A DNA stretch of 64,000 bases, from the NCBI GenBank assembly GCA_045545475.1, contig JAZQAZ010000015.1, forward strand, positions 1-64,000, written 5' to 3'. The notes beneath the pieces were generated by a model. It worked only from the letters and a program-made list of their open reading frames with translations, searched no databases and had not been told where the DNA came from. The number at the start of each line of letters is the position of its first letter. Positions within the stretch are counted from its first letter, which is position 1. The position numbers were made by a program, and so were the translations under genes. The DNA comes from Clostridia bacterium (GTDB taxonomy: Bacteria > Bacillota > Clostridia > CAKSNL01 > HGM11501). Positions 38,158 to 46,334 of this stretch are shown here, one piece after another.

Positions 38158-38261
38158 AAAGCTCTCTCCTTTCCTATCTTTATTTTAACTTAACATAAAT
38201 TAAGTTTGTGGTCAATGAAAATTGTTTTGTCAATCTTATGGAATGTTTTATCCGCCGCCAA

Positions 38262-39326
38262 TTACACACCGAAATCGTAATTTACCTTTACGCTGTTTCC
38301 TGTCTTTGCAGATTCAATTACCGCAGAGCAAACCGCAACGGTTTTTGCCCCTTCAAGGCCTGTCATAACAAGGCTCTTTCCGCAGATAACCGCATCACGG
38401 AATGCCTTATGCTCACCCGGAAGATTGTGATTGTTGATTTCCACCTTTATCTTGTGTGCCATTGTTCTCTCGCTTCCGTTTCCGTAAATGATGCCGCCTG
38501 CAAAGGGTGCTCCCTCTGCTGATTTTTCAAGATAAAGGCTCATTTCGGGGGATGTGTTATCAAAAATAAGTGTACCCTTTGTTCCGTAAAGGCAGGTTCT
38601 CATTGTATAGTCGCGCTTACATCCGATGGATGTGAATATTTTTCCGATTGTGCCGTTTTCCCACTTCATAATTCCGATGGTGGCATCGGATATGGGCCAA
38701 TCTTTCAAAACCATTCTGTTGGAGTAGGCTGTAACCTCGACAGGATCACCTATAAGCCAGCGAAGAAGATCGATCGAATGACAGCCTCCGCCTAAGATCG
38801 GCTCTCTGTCGGGGTGCATTCTCCACTTGTCAACTCCGGGAATTGTTGCATAGTCGTGGGCATATTCGCCCTCGGCAAAGAAAATGTCACCAAGGATGCC
38901 CGATTCCACAATCTGCTTTGCTCTTACAAAGGCAGGTGTGAAACGGCATACCTGACCAACCATCAAAAGCTTTCCGCTTTCCTTTTCTGCCATAAGCATT
39001 TCCCGGCAGTCCTCATGTCTTAATGCCATAGGCTTTTCGCACATTACGTTAAAGCCCGCCTTAAGAGCTGCAACTGTTGCATCCTTGTGGGCGTGGTCCG
39101 CAGTTGCAACAACCACTATGTCCGCTTCGATATTTTCAAGCATTTCGTTATAGTCTGAAAAGCACGCGGCATTAAGGGCGTACTTTTCGTTTTTCTCCTC
39201 GGTAAATTCCTTATGTACGTCGCAAAGTGCCACAATTTCAATGTCCTTTGTCTGAAGGAGTGCTTCAATGTGCATTCCGCCAAAGCTTCCGCATCCGATA
39301 ATCGCATATTTAATTTTTCTTTCCAT
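38262..39326 (-). CDS. Gfo/Idh/MocA NAD-dependent sugar oxidoreductase
   Basis: IIGCGSFG, CEKPMA, GCHSIDL. Confidence 0.9.
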   Translation of the reverse strand: MERKIKYAIIGCGSFGGMHIEALLQTKDIEIVALCDVHKEFTEEKNEKYALNAACFSDYNEMLENIEADIVVVATADHAHKDATVAALKAGFNVMCEKPMALRHEDCREMLMAEKESGKLLMVGQVCRFTPAFVRAKQIVESGILGDIFFAEGEYAHDYATIPGVDKWRMHPDREPILGGGCHSIDLLRWLIGDPVEVTAYSNRMVLKDWPISDATIGIMKWENGTIGKIFTSIGCKRDYTMRTCLYGTKGTLIFDNTSPEMSLYLEKSAEGAPFAGGIIYGNGSERTMAHKIKVEINNHNLPGEHKAFRDAVICGKSLVMTGLEGAKTVAVCSAVIESAKTGNSVKVNYDFGV

Positions 39327-39447
39327 AAATAAACCCTCTTTTCTTTCATTTTATAAACATTATAAAACGAGGCTGTTTTTATATCAATGGAAATACATTC
39401 TCATTTTTGTATACTTTTGTTCACTTAAATTTCTTTGTGAATTTTTA

Positions 39448-39476
39448 TTGACATTCTGCATCCGATAAGTTAAACT
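39448..39476 (+). promoter_or_regulatory. Sigma-A promoter of the first araC-type gene
   Basis: TTGACA-17 bp-TAAACT. Confidence 0.6.
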
Positions 39477-39492
39477 ATGAAAAGGTGATCAG

Positions 39493-40365
39493 ATGAGTAC
39501 ATATATAAGCCACTTTATTAAAAACGTAATTAGCGTATCATCCATAATAAACTGCTACAGAAAGGACTTTGCACCCGATTTTTGCGATATCCCCGAAAGC
39601 CACGATTTCTGGGAAGCGGTTTATCTTGACAAGGGCAGCATTTTCGTTTCCGCAGGCGGAAACAAAACCTTATTGAAGCCCGGAGACATATATTTTCACA
39701 AGCCCGGCGAAAGCCATCACATAATCATAAACGGAAAAGAAAATGTCATTGTTTATTTTATCTCCTTTTCATCAAAAAGCAGCTCAATGAATCTTTTTTA
39801 TGATGCGAAGCTTTCCCTTACGCCCTATCTTAAAAATCTGCTTTACATAATGCACGAGGAAGCGAAAAAGTCATTTATTTCAAAAAGAGTCGGCACTTCA
39901 TGCAGTGTTACCGCTTCCCCCGATGCACCGATAGGAGGTGCCCAGCTTTACAAAAACTATCTTGAAAGCTTTTTAATAAACCTACTCCGCTTCAAAATCG
40001 AAGCGGAAAAGGCAACGGTGTATTCCGAAAAAGAGGAATTTCACAAGGCCATTGTAAGAAAGATAACGGAAGAGGTATCACAAAGCCTCTATTCTCACTT
40101 TTCTATCAGTACACTCACCAAAAAGCTCAACTACGGAAGAACCTTTCTCTGCAATGTCTTCAAGGCAGAAACGGGCTATACCATAAACGGCTTTTACAAT
40201 CACCTTAAGATAAACGAGGCAAAAAAGCTTATGGCAGAAGGTCGTCATTCATTGGCGGAAATTTCCGAAATATTAAATTTTTCAAGCCGATATTATTTTT
40301 CCAAGGTATTTAAAAAGGAAACGGGCTATGCCCCGTCCGAATACAAGAAAACCTTAATAAAGTAA
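39493..40365 (+). CDS. AraC family transcriptional regulator
   Basis: Cupin ESHDFWE..PGESH; C-terminal ISEILNFSSRYYFSKVFKKETGYAPSEYK. Confidence 0.92.
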   Translation: MSTYISHFIKNVISVSSIINCYRKDFAPDFCDIPESHDFWEAVYLDKGSIFVSAGGNKTLLKPGDIYFHKPGESHHIIINGKENVIVYFISFSSKSSSMNLFYDAKLSLTPYLKNLLYIMHEEAKKSFISKRVGTSCSVTASPDAPIGGAQLYKNYLESFLINLLRFKIEAEKATVYSEKEEFHKAIVRKITEEVSQSLYSHFSISTLTKKLNYGRTFLCNVFKAETGYTINGFYNHLKINEAKKLMAEGRHSLAEISEILNFSSRYYFSKVFKKETGYAPSEYKKTLIK

Positions 40366-40460
40366 GTTAAGTATATTCTACATCAAGAGCAAAATCAATA
40401 AAGAATATTGCTATCTGATATAAATATATTGCTATCTTATATGTTGCGAAAGGAATTATT

Positions 40461-41267
40461 ATGGATAATCTGCTTAAATTTGAACAGCATACCGAAAAAT
40501 ATACCGTGTCAAAACGCCCATTTATATACACCGGCGAAGACCACAGTGCTTACAGAAACTGGCACGAAAACATTGAAATTTTATATGTATTCAAGGGAAG
40601 CGGAGTTTTGCACTATGACTCCAACATTTATAACATCAGCGAAGGAGACCTTGTTATAATAAACTCCTTTGCCGTTCACTACACGGAAAAGGAAAACAAT
40701 CTTTCCTACCATGTTTTCATTCCCTACAATGACTATTTTTCATCAAACGGCTTAAATCTTGCATCTACGAACTTTACGCCCATTGTGCGGGATCTCCCGG
40801 CAAAAGAGAAATTTCTTGCTTTAATTGATGCCATAGCAGAAAAAGACAAGCTTTCTGAAGCAAAAATCCGCCTTGCCGCTATGGATTTTCTTATTTACTT
40901 ATCTGAAAAACACTCGGAAAATTCTCAGGAAATTTCCGTAAAAAAGATAGACCTTTCAATAAGGCAGGCTCTTTCCTGCATTTTTTCAAACTACAGCGAA
41001 AACATAAGTGCCGAGGCTATATCAAAGCACGTGGGCTTTTCAAAATTTCATTTTTTACGGCAGTTTAAAAATGCAACGGGCCTGACATTTTCAAGCTTTC
41101 TTAATTCCGTAAGGATTGACAATGCAAAAAAGCTTTTGTCGGAAACCACTCTTCCCATAAAGGAAATATGTTATATGACAGGCTTTGAATCGGAGGCTTA
41201 CTTTTCAAAAATTTTCAGGGAAAAGGAAGGCTTTACCCCAAGTGAATACAGAAAAAAGGAACTGTAG
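40461..41267 (+). CDS. AraC family transcriptional regulator
   Basis: NWHENIEI cupin; GFESEAYFSKIFREKEGFTPSEYR. Confidence 0.92.
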   Translation: MDNLLKFEQHTEKYTVSKRPFIYTGEDHSAYRNWHENIEILYVFKGSGVLHYDSNIYNISEGDLVIINSFAVHYTEKENNLSYHVFIPYNDYFSSNGLNLASTNFTPIVRDLPAKEKFLALIDAIAEKDKLSEAKIRLAAMDFLIYLSEKHSENSQEISVKKIDLSIRQALSCIFSNYSENISAEAISKHVGFSKFHFLRQFKNATGLTFSSFLNSVRIDNAKKLLSETTLPIKEICYMTGFESEAYFSKIFREKEGFTPSEYRKKEL

Positions 41268-41321
41268 TTATGTGACCACAAAAAGTTAAGCTTTTTATAG
41301 CATTGTAGTTTGAATGACTGC

Positions 41322-41460
41322 AAATAAAAACCACCCGCTATGCGGATGGTTTTTATTTTTCGGGCATAACCCTAATATTACCGGCTACGCACAAGTGCGT
41401 TTTTTATCGGCATGCCAGCCATGCATCTTTTACTTACTACCCATAAATGGTTGTATAGTC
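41322..41460 (-). mobile_element. Probable IS200/IS605-family right-end remnant; its terminal hairpin can also act as a bidirectional terminator
   Basis: Minus strand reads ..ATA CAA CCA TTT ATG GGT AGT AAG TAA (IQPFMGSK*, recalling the DPFTGSK* end of clostridial Y1 TnpA), then short hairpins and AAATAAAAACCACCCGC-tat-GCGGATGGTTTTTATTT; no transposase ORF remains. Confidence 0.5.
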
Positions 41461-41487
41461 TATTTTTTCCTTTTAGAAGAAGATTAA

Positions 41488-43491
41488 TTATTTTATAACA
41501 TTATCTTCGAATATGGAATTGGCACCCTTTTTAGACACCATTCTTTTTCCTATTATTACATTATTTCTTACAATATTATTATCCGATGTACCGGCTTCCA
41601 CTATCGCCTTTGAACCTTCTGGAATATCAATAGTACAGTTTTCAATGACACAGTCTGTAAGATTTATAATATATATAGCAGGAGTAGAACCCAGACTTTG
41701 TGAGGTTTTAATTGTAAGTCCTTTTACAATAGCTCCGCTGTTATTAACAGCCACTCTGCGGTTTACAATGCCTCCGACTATCTCTTTTGCACTCTTTATA
41801 CTTGTCCCAGCCACTCCATCGTTTATATAGATTTCTGTATTATAAACTTTATCCATCTTACTTATTCCTACAGGGAAAGCACAATTTTTTATAATACATC
41901 CCGAAACCGTGGAATTTGTATAATTACTCTGATAAATCGCTCCTGTTTTTGACTCTGCCCCAGAAAGTCCTACACCATCCATCAAAACATTTTCAAAAAG
42001 TAAATCCTTCGAGGTATTGAAAAGAACAGCATTCTGACAGTTTTTTAAGGTCCCGTCACGCACTATTACTTCTGAAGACCCAATTATTTTTATGGCAGTA
42101 TCTTTTATTTCTTCGCAAAAGAAATTATTGATTAAAATATTTTTATTATTTTGCGAACTGGTTGTATCAACCACAGCATTGACATTTACAACCTTCATAT
42201 TTGATATTGTTACATTTTCTTTCGTGCCTTTGCCGGAAAATCTAACCCCCACATTGCATCCCGCTACACTGTTATTATCTATTAAAACATTAATAATATC
42301 TCCACCTGGTGCGCCTATATTTATTGCATTTCCACGTATATTTTTAATTTCATTATTTCTTATTATAACATTTTTCACTGCCGTACCTTTCACCAGTGAT
42401 TCCACGGCTATCCCGAAATTCCCCTTGCCTTCTATGGTTCCGTCCACAACATTATTTTCAACAATCGCACCGTCGCAGCCGTCTCCTACGGAAATCGCAC
42501 CGCCGGCAGAGCCTGCCCCGGGGCTATTTATTACAATGTTGTCGTGAATATATGCATCTTTGCAAAAAACAAGATCCAAAGCCTCGTCTCCCACATTGTT
42601 TATTTTGCAATTTCTGTATGTTGCTCTCACAGTATACTGTATATCAAAGCCGTGAGTTTCCTCTTTGGTGCCGTTTTTTTCTATAGTCCACGCATGATTA
42701 ACAGGGTCAGTATCATATACTCCCATATCAGAAAATGTGATATCGTGCAAGTATTCGCTTTCGTTTTCTGGCTTTCTTTCAGGTTGTATTCTTACAGCAA
42801 CCCAACTTCCGTTTGTTTCCCAATTTTCAAGATATTTAATTACAGATTTGTCTCCGCCATCACCTAGTACTGTCAATCCTCCTGAACCATTAGGCAGACT
42901 TATATACATACCGCCTTCCAGAATCCCGTATTCACCTTCAGGGAAATACACCGTTGCAGGCAGATTATCTACAGCATATGCGAATGCATTTAAAATCGCT
43001 TCCTTATCGTCAGTTAAGCCATCACCAACAGCCCCAAAATCTTTAACATTAACCATTTGTTCTCTACTGTATATATGTACTTCTTTTTTTGTGTTGTCCC
43101 ACTTTACTATACAATCAAAGGCCTCACTTATAGCTCGTACAGGCACCATCGTTCTCGAATCAATCAGTTTTGCAGGGACATCAAGAACCTTTACCTCTCC
43201 ATTTACTGTAAGCTCCGATGCCTCTATTTTTATAGAAACATTTTTATCTTCTTTTTTAGCGGTTACAGTCTTTGTTTTATCATCCCAAAATACCTCAGCA
43301 CCTAATTTTTCAAAAATTTTACGCATTGGAACCATTGTGCGTCCGTCAATAATTACAGGTTCTACATCAAACTCAAGTTTAGTGTTGTCAATAAAAACTC
43401 CGAGACTCTCGTTCGCGTAAACTGACACCATAGAACCACCCAATAAAAGAAAAATCACAATAAAACATACCATTTTTCTCATTTTATTCAT
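41488..43491 (-). CDS. Secreted protein: N-terminal stalk (copper amine oxidase N-terminal) domain + pectate_lyase_3-type right-handed beta-helix
   Basis: Signal peptide; DVEPVIIDGRTMVPMR..RTMVPVRAISE; VNVKDFGAVGDGLTDD..VYFPEGEY; Asn/Ile-rich repeats; SD AGGAGG at 43505-43500. Confidence 0.82.
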   Translation of the reverse strand: MNKMRKMVCFIVIFLLLGGSMVSVYANESLGVFIDNTKLEFDVEPVIIDGRTMVPMRKIFEKLGAEVFWDDKTKTVTAKKEDKNVSIKIEASELTVNGEVKVLDVPAKLIDSRTMVPVRAISEAFDCIVKWDNTKKEVHIYSREQMVNVKDFGAVGDGLTDDKEAILNAFAYAVDNLPATVYFPEGEYGILEGGMYISLPNGSGGLTVLGDGGDKSVIKYLENWETNGSWVAVRIQPERKPENESEYLHDITFSDMGVYDTDPVNHAWTIEKNGTKEETHGFDIQYTVRATYRNCKINNVGDEALDLVFCKDAYIHDNIVINSPGAGSAGGAISVGDGCDGAIVENNVVDGTIEGKGNFGIAVESLVKGTAVKNVIIRNNEIKNIRGNAINIGAPGGDIINVLIDNNSVAGCNVGVRFSGKGTKENVTISNMKVVNVNAVVDTTSSQNNKNILINNFFCEEIKDTAIKIIGSSEVIVRDGTLKNCQNAVLFNTSKDLLFENVLMDGVGLSGAESKTGAIYQSNYTNSTVSGCIIKNCAFPVGISKMDKVYNTEIYINDGVAGTSIKSAKEIVGGIVNRRVAVNNSGAIVKGLTIKTSQSLGSTPAIYIINLTDCVIENCTIDIPEGSKAIVEAGTSDNNIVRNNVIIGKRMVSKKGANSIFEDNVIK

Positions 43492-43510
43492 ACCAAAACC
43501 CTCCTGAAAT

Positions 43511-43720
43511 AAAAAAATGCCCCAACCGAAGTCAGCGCAAAAAAAGGCAAACTCCGATTGTCGCCAAACAAATTGAATAACATGGGATATTTTATATATC
43601 GCTGCTATCTGGAGTGTTGCATTTTTAACAATATAAAATAGCAGCATTACAAGAAAAGGGTATAATACTCCCATGAAATAAAATACCCCTATTTCTTGCT
43701 TTTTATTCAATTTGTTTGGC
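43511..43720 (-). ncRNA. Unclassified structured 5' leader / small RNA with tandem intrinsic terminators
   Basis: Perfect 18-bp IR 43563-43580/43703-43720, nested stems, two hairpin+U7 elements, directly after a sigma-A promoter. Confidence 0.6.
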
Positions 43721-43726
43721 AAAAGC

Positions 43727-43755
43727 ATTATATCACACATATTATATTTTTGCAA
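43727..43755 (-). promoter_or_regulatory. Extended -10 sigma-A promoter driving the leader RNA and beta-helix gene
   Basis: TTGCAA(43755-43750)-17 bp-TATAAT(43732-43727) with TGn extension. Confidence 0.75.
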
Positions 43756-43861
43756 CAAATTTATTTTTATTTCAAACAACTATTGACAAATGAGTAAAAA
43801 AACGTTTAGGGACTTCATCGTGCCGAATAAATCGGCAGAATAATTGAGTAGTATAGCATAA

Positions 43862-43899
43862 AAAATGATGGCAGACGCTTTTATGTCTACCATCATTTT
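43862..43899 (-). terminator. Terminator ending module 2
   Basis: AAAATGATGGCAGAC...GTCTACCATCATTTT. Confidence 0.8.
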
Positions 43900-43902
43900 C
43901 AT

Positions 43903-46320
43903 TTATTTAGTAATTGTAATTTCCTGAGTCTCTCCGTTCCACTCTACGTTATATCCGAGCTGTTCAGAAATAAATCTTACAGGAATGAAGGTTCGGGAAT
44001 CCTTGATTTTAGGCGGTACGTTAAGAGTATATCTTACTTCCTTACCCTTTGAATCAATGATATAAACGCTTCTGGACATAATCTGCATTTCGATTATTGT
44101 TCCGTCCTTTTCGATTAATATCTGCTGAATATTTCCGTTCCATTCAATTGTTGCGCCCATTTCCTCTAAGAGTCCTCTTAAAGGAATAAGGGTGTAGCCT
44201 GCACCTGCAATGTAAGGAGCAACGTCAATCGTTCTTACAGAATCAACTCCGCCTTTATGGGACTTAATCTCGTTTGAACCGATTTTAAGGATGTAGCTTT
44301 CCTTTTCATCCTCTGCCCTCTGCTCTGCTGAATTGGTGCTTTCATAGAAGGTGATTTCAGCACAGCTTGCTCTTCCGTCATTACCCTGATTGATGTAGAA
44401 ACGGATGAATCCTGCATGTATGGGTTCATCAAACCTTATAACCTGCTCGCCCTTTTTCTTTTCAAAGGTTAAAAGCTCCTTTGCGATTTTGTAATTTTCA
44501 CCATCAACGGAGTAAAGCACGTCAAAATCAAGCCACAAGCCGTGATAGTCATCTGACTGACGAGGAAGCACGTTAATCTGTGCCACATAGTAATTGTCGT
44601 TTAAGTCAATATCTAAAACGTAGGGCCCTTCAACCTTGGTTGTCTGCCATACAGATTGGGGTGAGCCGTCAACCACCGCAGAAACCTTACCTGTATCGGG
44701 CCACTGCAAAGGAGCATCGCACTTTGCTGTCATTCCCTTTTTAGGAATTGCGATAAGGCCGCCTTCTTCGTATGCCGCTGCATAATCCTTCGGCTCAACA
44801 ATTGCCATATTGGGATCATACGGTTTAAGATTAAGCTCGGCACAAGTTCCGTAACCGCCGGCACCGTCCAGAAATTCAAGCTTCAAGGCGTCAAGCTTTA
44901 CGTTGAAGGACCACTCGGAATTCTTAAGTCCCATATCGTTTGCCCATTCACCGCCGCCGATCAAATATTCCTCTCCGCCCAAAATTGCATAGGCGTTATA
45001 TTTGAATATTCTTCCCGACTTTATGTTGTCCTGTCTGGGGGTATAGGTAAAGCCGCCGATTGTAACTGTGCCTGGAAGGGTTATTGTTACATAGAAGGGT
45101 GGGTTGTCCTTTGAAAGAATGGTGGAGCCGGATGCTTTATAGTTTGTGTGCCAGTAGGTGGAGCTGTCACCGTCAATCATTTTCTCGGCTGTGTTGTTTC
45201 CGATGTGGCTTGATGCCTTTATTTTCCATTCGGACTTGTCGGGGATGAAGCCGGGTTCATATTCCTCACGGGGGCCCATAAGTTCAGCCTTTTCCTCGGC
45301 AGACTTGATTTCGTCAATATCTTTCTTCGTCAAAATGTCAATTTCCCCGCAGGTGCCTACTCTTCCCGTTGTCGATCTGAACACAAGGCGGATTCCCGCG
45401 ATTTCCGTTTCCTTCCAAGAAACAACTTCAACAGTTCTGTCACCAATAAAGGTGCCCGATGCAAGCTTTTCACCCTGGGCTGTACCGGAAAGTGCGTATA
45501 CATCATAGTCCTTTATATAACCTGTATCGCTGGTCTGTCTTGGAGTATAACGTATACCTGCAGCCTTAACTCTGGCAGGTAGGTTTATGTCAATTGTAAA
45601 GGGGGCAGGATCTGTTGTGTCAACCTTTCCATCCTTTACAGTGTACTTTGAGTGCCAGTAAGTCACAGGATCGCCGTCTATCATTTTTTCTGCTTTTTCT
45701 GTGTTAAGCTCGCTTGATGCCTTGATTTTCCAGGTGGATTTTTCCGGAACAGTTTCCACCAAAGGAAGCTTTGCCGCATCGTTGGCAGATGCCATTTCCG
45801 CGGGGCTTATAAGGTCAATTTCCGCACAGGTTCCGACACCGCCCGATGCCACCGTACTTGTGAAAATTATTCTTATGCCGGAAAGATTAACGGCATCCCA
45901 GCTGAAAGTTTCGATTGTATCGTCTCCAACAAATGTGCCCTTTGCAAGAAGCTTTCCCTGAGTTTCGCCCGAAAGCTCATAAAATTCAAAGCCCTTTACA
46001 TAGCCCGTGTTGCTGTTCTGTCTCGGAGTATAACGGATACCTGCAACAGTTGCCTCGGAAGGAAGGGTAATGTCTATTATATAGGGAGGCTGAACCTTGT
46101 TTACAGCCTTTCCGTCTTCCGTGTCGTACTTGGAGTGCCAGATAGTATCTGTTTTTCCGTCAATCATCAACTCTGCCTTGCCCCAACCCATTTCCGTGTT
46201 GGCGGTAATTTTCCAGGTGGACTTTTCGGGGATTGGCAAATCTTCTGCACTTATATAAAGTACACTTACAGTTGAAAGCACTAAGATAAGAGAAAGCATT
46301 AAGCTTAAAATCTTTTTCAT
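43903..46320 (-). CDS. Secreted protein: 4 discoidin (CBM32-like) domains + C-terminal stalk domain
   Basis: Signal peptide from ATG 46320; WHSKY, WHSKY, WHTNY, WQTT units each with PRQ and C[AG]E; TLIPLRGLLEEMGA tail. Confidence 0.85.
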   Translation of the reverse strand: MKKILSLMLSLILVLSTVSVLYISAEDLPIPEKSTWKITANTEMGWGKAELMIDGKTDTIWHSKYDTEDGKAVNKVQPPYIIDITLPSEATVAGIRYTPRQNSNTGYVKGFEFYELSGETQGKLLAKGTFVGDDTIETFSWDAVNLSGIRIIFTSTVASGGVGTCAEIDLISPAEMASANDAAKLPLVETVPEKSTWKIKASSELNTEKAEKMIDGDPVTYWHSKYTVKDGKVDTTDPAPFTIDINLPARVKAAGIRYTPRQTSDTGYIKDYDVYALSGTAQGEKLASGTFIGDRTVEVVSWKETEIAGIRLVFRSTTGRVGTCGEIDILTKKDIDEIKSAEEKAELMGPREEYEPGFIPDKSEWKIKASSHIGNNTAEKMIDGDSSTYWHTNYKASGSTILSKDNPPFYVTITLPGTVTIGGFTYTPRQDNIKSGRIFKYNAYAILGGEEYLIGGGEWANDMGLKNSEWSFNVKLDALKLEFLDGAGGYGTCAELNLKPYDPNMAIVEPKDYAAAYEEGGLIAIPKKGMTAKCDAPLQWPDTGKVSAVVDGSPQSVWQTTKVEGPYVLDIDLNDNYYVAQINVLPRQSDDYHGLWLDFDVLYSVDGENYKIAKELLTFEKKKGEQVIRFDEPIHAGFIRFYINQGNDGRASCAEITFYESTNSAEQRAEDEKESYILKIGSNEIKSHKGGVDSVRTIDVAPYIAGAGYTLIPLRGLLEEMGATIEWNGNIQQILIEKDGTIIEMQIMSRSVYIIDSKGKEVRYTLNVPPKIKDSRTFIPVRFISEQLGYNVEWNGETQEITITK

Positions 46321-46334
46321 TTTTGTCCCTCCCC

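Noticed and set aside
43563-43720. Retron msr-msd, lysine riboswitch or c-di-GMP riboswitch
   Set aside because: No RT gene is adjacent, the lysine-riboswitch AGAGGUGC-type core is absent, and the GGCAAAC/GCGCAAA words are on the opposite strand and in the wrong order for c-di-GMP-I.
43563-43720. Invertible promoter (inverton) bounded by the 18-bp IR
   Set aside because: The best promoter lies outside the IR, the nested internal stems argue for an RNA fold, and no recombinase is nearby. Not fully excluded without read-orientation data.
43492-43779. ORF-track N-terminal extension of the beta-helix protein (763 aa)
   Set aside because: It begins upstream of the predicted promoter and crosses terminators; the strong SD and signal peptide point to ATG 43491.
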